In this document: positions 37,562 to 46,618 of the stretch, piece by piece | How positions within the stretch are numbered: the first letter of the stretch is position 1 | Layout: each line of letters opens with the position of its first letter | Assembly (NCBI GenBank): GCA_964491665.1 | Contig: CAZBII010000005.1 | Location: forward strand, 2,071-66,070 | From: an uncultured Moraxellaceae bacterium | GTDB taxonomy: Bacteria; Pseudomonadota; Gammaproteobacteria; Pseudomonadales; Ketobacteraceae | Direction: 5' to 3' | DNA length: 64,000 nucleotides | Translations under genes and position numbers: made by a program | Notes under the pieces: generated by a model | The model's database searches: none | The model's input: only the letters and a program-made list of their open reading frames with translations | What the model was told of the DNA's origin: nothing

Positions 37562-38842
37562 ATGATCCGTGGACAGCACGGCCTTTCCCTTCTGCTCGGT
37601 ATTCTGCTGATACTGCTGGCCGGCAATGCGGCGGCAGAGTTTGGCAATGATCGGGTGCGGGTCAGTGGTTTTGGTACGCTGGCGCTGACCTTTGGTGGCG
37701 ACGAGGATCTGGGTTTCCGCCGCGACATGTACCGGGAAGGGTTGTACAACCATGAGCCATCCCTGTTCGCCGATTCCATCGCGGGCCTGCAGGTGGATGC
37801 CCGCCTGACCGACAGTCTGGACGCGGCCCTGCAGCTGGTGGGCAAGGATCGCGCCGACGACAATCTGGAAGACAGCGTGGAATGGGCCTTCCTGCGTTAT
37901 CGCCTGAATCCCGACTGGACCGTGCGCGCTGGTCGCATGGGTTTCGACATCTACATGCTGTCGGAATACCGCAGCCTGGGTTTTTCCTATCTCTGGACCC
38001 GCCCTCCCCTTGAATTCTATGCGCCGGTGGCCTTCGACAGCTTTGATGGCGCCGATATCACCTATTCCACTCCGGCCGGCGACGGCACCCTGCGGGCGAA
38101 GCTCTACGCCGGCAAGACCAAGAACAATTTCGTCGTGCTGGGCAATCTGCTGGAAGTGAAGCTGGAGCCCATCTATGGCGCCAGCCTGAGCTGGGAGAGC
38201 GAGCGCTGGCAGGTGCGTCTGGGCGTGGCGCCCAACCGGATCAGTGACGACCATGACGTTTTTCCCGGCACCGAGCCGCTGGTGGCGGGACTGGAGGCCG
38301 TACTGCCGTTCTGGCCGGAGGCGCAGCGCTACATTGACCGCCTGAGTATCGAAGAACCCTATGTGTATTACTACTCGGCGGGCATCGCCTTCAATGACAA
38401 GCCCTGGGTAATCCAGTCCGAAATCGCCTATGTCGATTCGGATCTGGGCATGTTGCCGGCGATGAGCAACGGTTATCTGAGTGTCGGACGGCAGATTGGC
38501 GAGGTGACCCTGTTCGGCATGCTGTCGGCGGTGCGTGACCAGGGCGACCGTGATGTGCTGCCGCCGGCCCCGGTCTATCCGTTTCCCGGCATGGAAATGC
38601 TGAATCTGCAGCTGGCGGCCATGCAGCAGGGGCTGCAGATGCTGTTCGACGCCACCCATCTGAGCCAGACCACTCTCTCAACCGGCCTGCGCTGGGACCT
38701 GCGTTACGACATGGCCCTGAAAATGCAAATGGACCACACCCGCGTCGACGCCTATGGTGCCGGCCTGTGGGATCGCGAGTTCACGCCTGGCAAAGAACGG
38801 GCGATCAACACCGTTTCCCTTAACCTGAACTACGTATTCTGA
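37562..38842 (+). CDS. Putative outer-membrane beta-barrel (porin-like) protein
   Basis: Signal peptide ...LLILLAGNAAA. Porin-like N-terminus VRVSGFGTLALTFGG and C-terminal ...VSLNLNYVF. Confidence 0.6.
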   Translation: MIRGQHGLSLLLGILLILLAGNAAAEFGNDRVRVSGFGTLALTFGGDEDLGFRRDMYREGLYNHEPSLFADSIAGLQVDARLTDSLDAALQLVGKDRADDNLEDSVEWAFLRYRLNPDWTVRAGRMGFDIYMLSEYRSLGFSYLWTRPPLEFYAPVAFDSFDGADITYSTPAGDGTLRAKLYAGKTKNNFVVLGNLLEVKLEPIYGASLSWESERWQVRLGVAPNRISDDHDVFPGTEPLVAGLEAVLPFWPEAQRYIDRLSIEEPYVYYYSAGIAFNDKPWVIQSEIAYVDSDLGMLPAMSNGYLSVGRQIGEVTLFGMLSAVRDQGDRDVLPPAPVYPFPGMEMLNLQLAAMQQGLQMLFDATHLSQTTLSTGLRWDLRYDMALKMQMDHTRVDAYGAGLWDREFTPGKERAINTVSLNLNYVF

Positions 38843-39267
38843 TGATGATGCGGCGATTGCACATACTGACCCTGCTTCTCATCCTGCTGGCTGGTGCCGC
38901 GCAGGCCGAGGTGGTTGTCGTCGTTCATCCCGACAATCCGGCGCAGGAACTGAGCCGCCGCCAGCTGGTGGATCTGTACATGGGGCGCACCCTGTACTTC
39001 CCCGACGGCAGCCTGGTGTTGCGTATCGATCAGGCGCCGGAATCCAGTGTCCGCGCGAACTTCTATCGTGGTCTGGTGGACAAGAGCGTGGCCGAAGTGA
39101 ATGCCTACTGGGCACGGCTGCTGTTTACCGGGCGGGCCTCGCCGCCGCAGATTCTGGAAGACTCCCAGAGTGTGCTCAAGGCGGTGCGTTCCAACCGCAA
39201 TGCCATCGGCTACATCGACAGTGCCGATGTGGACAACACCGTAAAGGTAGTGGGGCGTGTCCAGTAA
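38842..39267 (+). CDS. Small periplasmic protein resembling one lobe of a phosphate/PstS-type (PBP-like) binding protein
   Basis: The start overlaps the upstream stop (TGATG). The signal peptide is followed by VVVVVHPDNPAQELSRRQLVDLYMGR...NAIGYID, as in PBP_like_2-type domains. At 141 aa it is about half the size of a full binding protein. Confidence 0.5.
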   Translation: MMMRRLHILTLLLILLAGAAQAEVVVVVHPDNPAQELSRRQLVDLYMGRTLYFPDGSLVLRIDQAPESSVRANFYRGLVDKSVAEVNAYWARLLFTGRASPPQILEDSQSVLKAVRSNRNAIGYIDSADVDNTVKVVGRVQ

Positions 39268-40843
39268 TTTCTGGAAATCGATTTCGATCCGTACCGGGTT
39301 CATCATTCTGCTGGGCGCTTCACTGCTGACGGTGGCGTTGTCCTGGTATTTCTACAACCGCACCGTCAGCGAGCAGCTGGGCGCATCGGCGCATCAGATC
39401 CGCCAGCTGGTGGCCACGGTGGAAAGCACCGCAGCGGTGGCGGCCTACCTGGACAATCAGGAACTGGCGCTGGAAGTGGTGCGGGGCCTGGCCAACAACG
39501 ATTACGTCGCCGGCGCCCAGCTGCGCAGCAACACCGGCATGCAGGTGGAAAGCGGCAAACCGCTGGACCGCCCTGACATCCAGCAGCGCTTTGCCCTGAA
39601 ATCACCCTTTCTGGCCGACGAAACCGCCGGGGAACTGCTGATCCAGCCCAACCAGATCACCATCGAACGCAACGCCCGCGAGGCCGCCAACGTACATGTG
39701 CTGACCATGGCCGCCCATTCCCTGGCGCTGGTGGTTCTGGTCAGCCTGCTGGTGTACTGGCAACTCACCCGCCCCCTGTTGCGCGTGGCGCAGAACCTGC
39801 ACGAAATCGAACCCGGCAGCGCCCGTCGCCTGCCCTGTCCGCGCCGCCATGAGCAGGACGAAATCGGCCAGCTGATCCGCGACAGCAACAGCCTGCTCAC
39901 CGCCACCCAGAACACGCTGGAAGGCGAGCGCCGCCTGCGCATCTATGCCGAATCGCTGGAAAAGCGCTTCCGCCTGATCTTTGAAAAGGCCAGCTGCGGC
40001 ATCGCCCTGATGAACGACCAGGGCCGGCTCATGCTGTTCAACCCGTCCTTTGCCCAGATCATGCAGATCTCGCCGGACACCGCCAGCCATGTGGATTTTC
40101 CCGACCTGTTTGCCGATGCCGCCGACGTGCGCGCACTGCTGCAGCAGGCCACCCAGAGCCGCAGTCCCATCAACAGCGACCTCAACCTGTCGCCCACCGC
40201 CAGCCACAGCAACTGTCTGCATGTGCTGTTTTCCAGCGTCAGCGACGAACAGGGCAACCTGCTGGTGGAATGCATCCTGTACGACATATCGGAACGGGCC
40301 CAGCGCGAACAGCAGACCCTGTTTGAAGCCGAGCGCGACACCCTCACCCAGCTGTTCAATCGCCGTGCCGGCGAGCGCCGCATCCAGGAGGCGCTCAAGC
40401 GTGCCCGCGCCGACCAGTCCCACTGCGCCGTCATGCTCATCGACCTGGACCGTTTCAAGCCCATCAACGACACCTACGGCCACGAGGCCGGTGACAAGGT
40501 GCTGGTGGCGGTGGCCGACCGGCTGAAACACTGCCTGCGCAAGAGCGACATCATCATCCGCTGGGGCGGCGACGAATTCCTGGTGCTGGTGCTGGAAGGC
40601 AACGACGCCATGGCTGCCAGCGTGGTGGCGGAAAAAATCCTCGACGGACTGCGGCAGGACATCGACCTGGGCAACGGCCGCCAGGGCCACATCGGCGCCA
40701 GCATCGGCATCGCCATGTTCCCCGAGCACGGGGTGCAGTCGCAGGAACTCATCAGCCTGGCGGACCAGGCCATGTACCAGGTCAAGCAGGGCGGCCGCAA
40801 CGGGTTTGCCTACTATCACGCAGACTCTGACGCCGACCTCTGA
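39257..40843 (+). CDS. Membrane sensor diguanylate cyclase (2 TM + periplasmic loop, HAMP, PAS, GGDEF)
   Basis: GTG start with an 11-nt overlap with the upstream gene. The GGDEF domain has RWGGDEF and an RxxD I-site (RKSD) five residues upstream. PAS-like block FEKASCGIALMNDQGRLMLFNPSF. Confidence 0.85.
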   Translation: MSSNFWKSISIRTGFIILLGASLLTVALSWYFYNRTVSEQLGASAHQIRQLVATVESTAAVAAYLDNQELALEVVRGLANNDYVAGAQLRSNTGMQVESGKPLDRPDIQQRFALKSPFLADETAGELLIQPNQITIERNAREAANVHVLTMAAHSLALVVLVSLLVYWQLTRPLLRVAQNLHEIEPGSARRLPCPRRHEQDEIGQLIRDSNSLLTATQNTLEGERRLRIYAESLEKRFRLIFEKASCGIALMNDQGRLMLFNPSFAQIMQISPDTASHVDFPDLFADAADVRALLQQATQSRSPINSDLNLSPTASHSNCLHVLFSSVSDEQGNLLVECILYDISERAQREQQTLFEAERDTLTQLFNRRAGERRIQEALKRARADQSHCAVMLIDLDRFKPINDTYGHEAGDKVLVAVADRLKHCLRKSDIIIRWGGDEFLVLVLEGNDAMAASVVAEKILDGLRQDIDLGNGRQGHIGASIGIAMFPEHGVQSQELISLADQAMYQVKQGGRNGFAYYHADSDADL

Positions 40844-40856
40844 AAGCGCTGGCGAC

Positions 40857-40865
40857 TGCTAGACT
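40857..40865 (+). promoter_or_regulatory. Extended -10-like element TGCTAGACT (within CTGCTAGACTT)
   Basis: Lies 33 nt upstream of ATG 40899, in the 55-nt gap after the cyclase gene. Confidence 0.35.
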
Positions 40866-40898
40866 TCTGGATACGACCACAACCTCATCGAACCCGTC

Positions 40899-41264
40899 AT
40901 GGCCCCCAAGATACTGGTAGTGGAAGACAATCCCGACAACATGAAACTCGTCACCTGGATACTGGAGGACGAGCATTACGACGTGACCGGCGTGGTCAGC
41001 GGCGAGGAATGCCTGCAGCAGGTGCAGCAGCAGCGCTTCGACGCCATCCTGATGGACATCTCGCTGCCCGGCATCGACGGCAAGGAAACCACCCGCCGCC
41101 TGCGCGCCCAGGACAGCTTCCGCACCCTGCCGATCATTGCCCTCACCGCCCACGCCATCAAAGGCGAGGACGACGACATCCGCGCGGCCGGCGTGACCGA
41201 TCTGATCACCAAACCCCTCGACGAGGACATGCTGCTGGAGCGGTTGCGGCAGCTGATCTGCTGA
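40899..41264 (+). CDS. Single-domain response regulator (CheY-like receiver)
   Basis: KILVVEDNPDN, DAILMDISLPGIDG, IIALTAHA and ITKPL give a complete receiver signature. Confidence 0.85.
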   Translation: MAPKILVVEDNPDNMKLVTWILEDEHYDVTGVVSGEECLQQVQQQRFDAILMDISLPGIDGKETTRRLRAQDSFRTLPIIALTAHAIKGEDDDIRAAGVTDLITKPLDEDMLLERLRQLIC

Positions 41265-41299
41265 GGCATCCTGCGGTTTTTGCCAGTGGACCGCCCCTC

Positions 41300-42085
41300 A
41301 TGCACATCGTGTCCTTCGATGCCTTCCGCAGCCTGAACATTCCTGGCGTGCACTACCTCAAGCCCGAGCATTACCTGAATCACCTGCCGCTGCTGGAGCA
41401 GGCCGACTGGCTGCTGTTCCCTGAATACTGGCAGCTCAACGCGCTGCATTACGGCCTGCGCGCCCGCATTTTTCCCAGCCCCGCCAGCTACCACATCGGC
41501 CATGACAAGATCGAGCAGACCCGCGTCTTCCAGCTGGTCTGTCCGCATAACATCCCCGACACCCGGATCCTGGAAAACACGCCGCAGAATGCCGACCGTC
41601 TGTGGGAGGAAATGCTGGCACCGTTCGTGGCAAAAGATCCGCGCAGCAGCGAGGGCCTTGGCGTGTTCCTGATTGAAACGCCGGGCCAGTGGCGCCAGTA
41701 CTGCGCGCAGAGTCCGGTGCTGTATGTGCAGGAGCGCCTGCCCATCGACCGCGACCTGCGTTTGGTGCTGATCGGCGAGCGGGTGGTGGCGGGCTACTGG
41801 CGGCTGCAGTCGCCGGATGGTTTCCACAACAACGTGGCGCAGGGTGGCACGCTGGATTTCGCGCCGCTGCCGGACGCCGCCGTGCAGCTGGTGGAACGGG
41901 TGGCGCAGCGGCTGGGCATCGATCACGGCGGTTTCGACGTGGCCATGGTGGGCAGTCATCCCTACATAATTGAATACAATCGCCTGTGCGGAAATCAGGG
42001 TCTGGTGGAGCAGGGCATTCGCATCGATGCTATGATTCACGCCCACTTGCTCAGCCAATATCAGCCGGAAAAAGCCAGTACATGA
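41300..42085 (+). CDS. ATP-grasp (RimK-like) domain protein
   Basis: Start re-picked at MHIVSFDAF. Blocks FVAKDPRSSEGLGVFLI, YVQERLPIDRDLRLVLIGERVV and GGFDVAM...IIEYN resemble the ATP-grasp fold. Confidence 0.6.
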   Translation: MHIVSFDAFRSLNIPGVHYLKPEHYLNHLPLLEQADWLLFPEYWQLNALHYGLRARIFPSPASYHIGHDKIEQTRVFQLVCPHNIPDTRILENTPQNADRLWEEMLAPFVAKDPRSSEGLGVFLIETPGQWRQYCAQSPVLYVQERLPIDRDLRLVLIGERVVAGYWRLQSPDGFHNNVAQGGTLDFAPLPDAAVQLVERVAQRLGIDHGGFDVAMVGSHPYIIEYNRLCGNQGLVEQGIRIDAMIHAHLLSQYQPEKAST

Positions 42086-43041
42086 ACGAGAAAAACCGCA
42101 AACGTGAACGCAAGCGGGCGCGCAAGGAACACATCGCCAAACACGGTGCGCCGCATCCGTTGCATCCCCGGCACTGGCCCCTGTGGCTGCTGTTCGGCAT
42201 TGGCTGGTGTGTGGCGCGGCTGCCGTTTCCGCTGCAGGTGAAACTGGGCAAGGGTTTTGGCCACCTGCTGGCCGTGGTCGGCAAGTCCCGTGCCCATGTG
42301 GCGCGCCGCAATATCGAGATCTGTTTTCCGCACCTGACCGAGCAGGAAAGGAAAAAACTGCTGCAAGACAATTTCGAATCGGTGGGGCTGGGGTTTGTCG
42401 AAATCGCCATGGCCTACTGGGGCTCGAAGGAGAAACTGCACTCGATCCTGACCTTCAGCGGCAGGGAGCATCTGGAAGCCGCCCGCGCCGCCGGCAAGGG
42501 CGTGCTGATTCTGGGCGGCCATGTCACGTCACTGGAACTGATGCTGCGCCTGTTCTGCGAAAGCTGGCCCAGCGGTGCCCTGTACAAACCCAATCACAAT
42601 CCGTTTTTTGAGGACTACAGCGTCCGCAAGCGTACCCGTTACGTGCATCCCCCCATTCCCAACAAGAACGTGCGCGGTTTTCTGCGCCATCTGAAAAACG
42701 GCGGTACCTGCATCTATCTGTCGGATCAGGATTACGGGCGCAAGAACAGCGTGTTTGCCCCGTTCTTCGGCGTGCCGGCGGCCACCATCAAATATCCGCC
42801 GGATTATGTTCGCGCCACCGGTGCGCTGGTGATGCCGGTGATTTACGGACGGCGTCCGGACGACAGTGGCTATTACATCGAAGTCATGCCGCCGCTGGAC
42901 TTTCCGTCCGGCGACGACGTGCAGGATGCCACCACCCTCAACCACTGGATCGAGCAGAATGTGCTGCGTCATCCGGACCAGTATCTGTGGGCGCACCGCC
43001 GCTTCAAGAACCGCCCCGCAGGCGAGCCACCGCTGTACTGA
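42082..43041 (+). CDS. lpxL: Lipid A biosynthesis lauroyl/late acyltransferase (LpxL/HtrB family)
   Basis: ATGA overlap with the ATP-grasp gene. Blocks RRNIEICFPHLTEQER, ILGGHVTSLE (HX4E) and DQDYG are present. The C-terminus is HPDQYLWAHRRFK. Confidence 0.8.
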   Translation: MNEKNRKRERKRARKEHIAKHGAPHPLHPRHWPLWLLFGIGWCVARLPFPLQVKLGKGFGHLLAVVGKSRAHVARRNIEICFPHLTEQERKKLLQDNFESVGLGFVEIAMAYWGSKEKLHSILTFSGREHLEAARAAGKGVLILGGHVTSLELMLRLFCESWPSGALYKPNHNPFFEDYSVRKRTRYVHPPIPNKNVRGFLRHLKNGGTCIYLSDQDYGRKNSVFAPFFGVPAATIKYPPDYVRATGALVMPVIYGRRPDDSGYYIEVMPPLDFPSGDDVQDATTLNHWIEQNVLRHPDQYLWAHRRFKNRPAGEPPLY

Positions 43042-43047
43042 CCGCTG

Positions 43048-43605
43048 ATGCCCGCGCCGAAACCACCCCGCATTTTCCCCCTGCGCCGCTGGCTGCAGCA
43101 GGCCGCGGTGGCCGTGATACACCGGCCGGGCGAGCACGGCACCGAACTGCTGTTCATCCAGCGCGCGCAGCGGGAAGGCGATCCCTGGAGCGGCGACATG
43201 GCCTTTCCCGGCGGCCGCAAACAGCAGGAAGATCCCGACACCCGCGCCACCGCCATGCGTGAAACCTGGGAGGAAACCGGGCTGGATCTGCACCGGCAGG
43301 CGCTTCCCGGCGCGCAACTGTCGGACCAGCTCACCCGCACCCACCGCAGCAACGCACCCATGATCGTCACGCCCTGGCTGTTTGCCTGGCACGGCGACAC
43401 CCATTTTCATTTCAGTCACGAAGTGGCGGACGCGCTGTGGATTCCGCTGCAGCATTTCACCCATCCGGCGCACCGGCAGACGATTGCGTGGCAGCGCAAA
43501 CGCGTGACGGTGCAGATGCCGTGCTATTACTTTCAGGAAAAACCGGTGTGGGGTCTGACGCTGCGGATGATTGACGATCTGGTGGCGCGGAAGGTGCTGG
43601 CCTAG
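43048..43605 (+). CDS. NUDIX hydrolase (CoA pyrophosphatase-like)
   Basis: Nudix box GGRKQQEDPDTRATAMRETWEETGL. Confidence 0.8.
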   Translation: MPAPKPPRIFPLRRWLQQAAVAVIHRPGEHGTELLFIQRAQREGDPWSGDMAFPGGRKQQEDPDTRATAMRETWEETGLDLHRQALPGAQLSDQLTRTHRSNAPMIVTPWLFAWHGDTHFHFSHEVADALWIPLQHFTHPAHRQTIAWQRKRVTVQMPCYYFQEKPVWGLTLRMIDDLVARKVLA

Positions 43606-46445
43606 TCCTTTTCCAGTGCCGGCAACGTCACCGGCTTGTACTGCGCGATGAACTCCTCGGCTTTCGCCGCCACCAGCGGCCGGCTGATGTAAAAACCCTG
43701 GATCGCATCGCAGTTCATGCGCCGCAGCAGTTCCAGTTGCGCGCGGGTTTCCACGCCTTCGGCCATCACGATCTTGTTGAGGGATTTCGCCAGATTGATG
43801 ATGGTGCCGGTGATCTGCAGGCTGCGTGAATCGGCATGCATGTTGGACACAAAGCTGCGATCCACTTTCAGCACATCGAATGGCAGGCGGTGCAGATAGC
43901 TCAGCGAGGAAAAACCGGTGCCGAAATCGTCGATGGCAATGCGCACGCCCAGCTCGTTCAGCACACCCAGTTTCTGCACTGCGCTTTCGGCATCCTGGAT
44001 CAGCGTGCTCTCGGTGATTTCCAGTTCCAGATCGGCGTAATCCAGTTTGAAATCATTGATCGCACTTTCCACCATTTTCACGAAATCGGTGCGCGCCAGC
44101 TGCCGGCCCGACACGTTGACCGCCATGCGTTCCACCTGCAGATCCGCCATGCGCCAGCTCGCCATCTGCTGGCACGCCTGCCGCAGCACCCATTCGCCCA
44201 CATCCAGAATCAGGCCGGTGTCTTCCGCCACGCCGATGAATTCCAGCGGCGCCAGCAGGCCGGCCTCCGGGTCCTTGATGCGCACCAGCGCTTCCACGCT
44301 GAAACGGTCGCGGTTCAGATACCACTGCGGCTGGTAGTGCAGCACGATGTTGCCGTTTTCCAGCGCCTCGCGAATGTGGCGCTCGGCGGTCATGCGTCGC
44401 TGCGACGCCGCGTTCATTTCCTCTTCATAAAAGCGGTAGTGACCGCGCCCTTCTTCCTTCACCCGGTACAGCGCGATGTCGGCCTTGCGCAGCAGCGTTT
44501 CGATATCGTTGCCGTCGCTGGGAAAAATCACGATGCCGATGCTGGCGCCGAGAAAATATTTGCGCTCGCCGATGCGGTAGGGCGAGGTCAGCATGGTGTG
44601 GATTTTTTCCGCCACGCGGGTGGCGCGCAGTGGCGAATCGATTTCGTGCAGCACCACGATGAATTCGTCGCCGCCCTGCCGCGCCACCGTGTCCTCATCG
44701 CTGACGCAGATGCGCAGCCGTTCAGCCGTGCGCTGCAAAATCTGGTCGCCCAGCGAATGACCGCCGGCGTCGTTGATCTGCTTGAAGTGATCCAGATCCA
44801 CAAACAGCATCGCGCCCATGACATTTTTCTTCAGGCCGTGGCGCAGCGCCTGTTCCAGCCGGTCCTTCAGCAACTGGCGGTTGGGCAGCTGCGTCAGCGG
44901 ATCGTAATGGGCCTGCTGGTAGAGTTTTTTCTCGCGCAGCACGGCGGCAATGGCCACGGCCAGGCGGTCGGCAAAATCCTTCAGCAGGTCGCGGTCGTGA
45001 TCGGGCAGACGCACCGATTTTTCCCACGACACGGCCATCATGCCGCGATTTTTCTGGTTCACCGTGATCGGAAACAGATGGGTGCTGCCGCCCAGCAGCT
45101 CCTTGTGCTCGGGCCACAGCCAGCCGAGAAAGCGGGCGTCGTTGAGGGCGGCGCGATGCACCGGTCCCACCTGCTGGAACCACTCGCTTTCCACGTCGGA
45201 CAGATCATGGCGGTAAAGACGATGCTGGTTCTCGGCGCGCCGGAAGCTGAGCACCGACAGGGTGCCGGGCGCGTCGGGATCGCACAGGGCCACCGCCACC
45301 GCGTCGCCCTGCACCAGCTGCTGCAGCGCGGCCAGGGTGGTTTGCGCCACCTGGTCCAGGTCGGGTACGTTGAGAATCAGCTGGTCGATGCTGGACAGGC
45401 TGGTCAGCATGGCGAACTGCTGGCCCAGCTGGTGCGCCATGTCGGTGAAGGATTCCGCCAGTTCCTGCAGTTCATCGTGGCTGTGTACGTCGATGGTGAC
45501 GGCAAAATCCTGCGCGGCGATGGCCCGGGTGCCCTGCTGCAGCTGTTGCAGCGGGCGCAGGAAGCGGCGGATCTGCCAGGCCCCCAGCGCGCTGGCCACC
45601 AGCAAAGTGATGGCCACCACCAGTGAAAACACGCGCTGCAGTTCGCTGATGGCGGCAAAGACGTGCTGGCGCGGCTCGCTCACCCACACATGCCAGTCCG
45701 GCACGCCGAAGCGGGCGCTCAGCGGCAGGGCGCGCACCTGCGCGGTTTGCGGCTGGCCACCCCAGTCCCATTCCAGACTGAACGCCGCCGGGTTTTCCGC
45801 CTCGCGCAGCAGTGACGAGAATTCCTGCCACGACAGAAAGTTGCGCTGGGTGCACTGCAGCGGCTCGCGGAAACTGCCAAACACGCAGTAGGTCAGTGCC
45901 GGGTTGATGCTGGCGGTGTCCCCCAGCAGGTAACGTGGATCGAGCTGCGCCAGCAGCAGGGGAAATTCGGGGTCGTGTCCCTGCCCCTGTTCCTGCCGCT
46001 GCAGCAGGTAGACATTGCCCTTGCGGTCGCCGAGCAGCAGCAGACGGCCGTTTTCCAGCCGGGTCATGGCCTGCGCCCGTTCCCGCGCCGGCAGGTGTTC
46101 CGCCAGATCGTTGAAACGCTGCCAGGAGGCGGCGCCGGTGTTCAGGAAGATGGTCTGGGTGTCGTCTGCCTGCGCCGGGGCGGGGTCGCCCTGCAGCATC
46201 GATTCAAAGCGGGTGCTGGCCAGCAGCAGGCGCTCGTGCAGGCTGGAGCTGAAGGCGCGGGTTTCATTGCCCAGCCGCTGCTGGCTCTGCTGGTAAAGGT
46301 AGGTGCCCAGATAGTTGTAGGAGAAGGATGCGAACAGCAGCATCGGCAGCAGCGCCACCAGAAACAGCAGCACGATGAACTTGCGTCCCAGTCTGCTGCG
46401 AATGTCATCGAGTGTGAACAGCATGAAGTGCGCGTCAGCAACCAT
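43602..46445 (-). CDS. Membrane sensor GGDEF-EAL protein (2 TM + periplasmic domain, HAMP, GAF-like, GGDEF, EAL)
   Basis: QGGDEF, EALVR and DDFGTGFSSLSYL are present. Start taken at ATG 46445 (MVADAHFMLFTL...), with 46424 as the alternative. The stop overlaps the convergent NUDIX stop (CTAG). Confidence 0.85.
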   Translation of the reverse strand: MVADAHFMLFTLDDIRSRLGRKFIVLLFLVALLPMLLFASFSYNYLGTYLYQQSQQRLGNETRAFSSSLHERLLLASTRFESMLQGDPAPAQADDTQTIFLNTGAASWQRFNDLAEHLPARERAQAMTRLENGRLLLLGDRKGNVYLLQRQEQGQGHDPEFPLLLAQLDPRYLLGDTASINPALTYCVFGSFREPLQCTQRNFLSWQEFSSLLREAENPAAFSLEWDWGGQPQTAQVRALPLSARFGVPDWHVWVSEPRQHVFAAISELQRVFSLVVAITLLVASALGAWQIRRFLRPLQQLQQGTRAIAAQDFAVTIDVHSHDELQELAESFTDMAHQLGQQFAMLTSLSSIDQLILNVPDLDQVAQTTLAALQQLVQGDAVAVALCDPDAPGTLSVLSFRRAENQHRLYRHDLSDVESEWFQQVGPVHRAALNDARFLGWLWPEHKELLGGSTHLFPITVNQKNRGMMAVSWEKSVRLPDHDRDLLKDFADRLAVAIAAVLREKKLYQQAHYDPLTQLPNRQLLKDRLEQALRHGLKKNVMGAMLFVDLDHFKQINDAGGHSLGDQILQRTAERLRICVSDEDTVARQGGDEFIVVLHEIDSPLRATRVAEKIHTMLTSPYRIGERKYFLGASIGIVIFPSDGNDIETLLRKADIALYRVKEEGRGHYRFYEEEMNAASQRRMTAERHIREALENGNIVLHYQPQWYLNRDRFSVEALVRIKDPEAGLLAPLEFIGVAEDTGLILDVGEWVLRQACQQMASWRMADLQVERMAVNVSGRQLARTDFVKMVESAINDFKLDYADLELEITESTLIQDAESAVQKLGVLNELGVRIAIDDFGTGFSSLSYLHRLPFDVLKVDRSFVSNMHADSRSLQITGTIINLAKSLNKIVMAEGVETRAQLELLRRMNCDAIQGFYISRPLVAAKAEEFIAQYKPVTLPALEKD

Positions 46446-46602
46446 TCCGTGAAAGGACCCGCCCCGGTCCGCAGACAGGCAGCGGCATTTTTCAGCATAG
46501 CATAGGGCCGCAATGGCCCCGGCGGAGTAACACCCTGTCGGGATCCTTGACAGGCAGCCGGCCTTTTCCGCTGGAAGTGCAGTGCCCCGGTCATCCTTCC
46601 GC

Positions 46603-46618
46603 CTGTTACCGGTAACAG
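46603..46618. promoter_or_regulatory. Perfect 16-bp palindrome CTGTTACCGGTAACAG (CTGT-N8-ACAG, LexA-box-like core)
   Basis: Read directly. It overlaps a second palindrome, ACAGTGACTGT (46615-46625), and is followed by CCTGTTGACA with a perfect TTGACA at 46634-46639 and a very AT-rich tract at 46658-46705. Confidence 0.4.
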
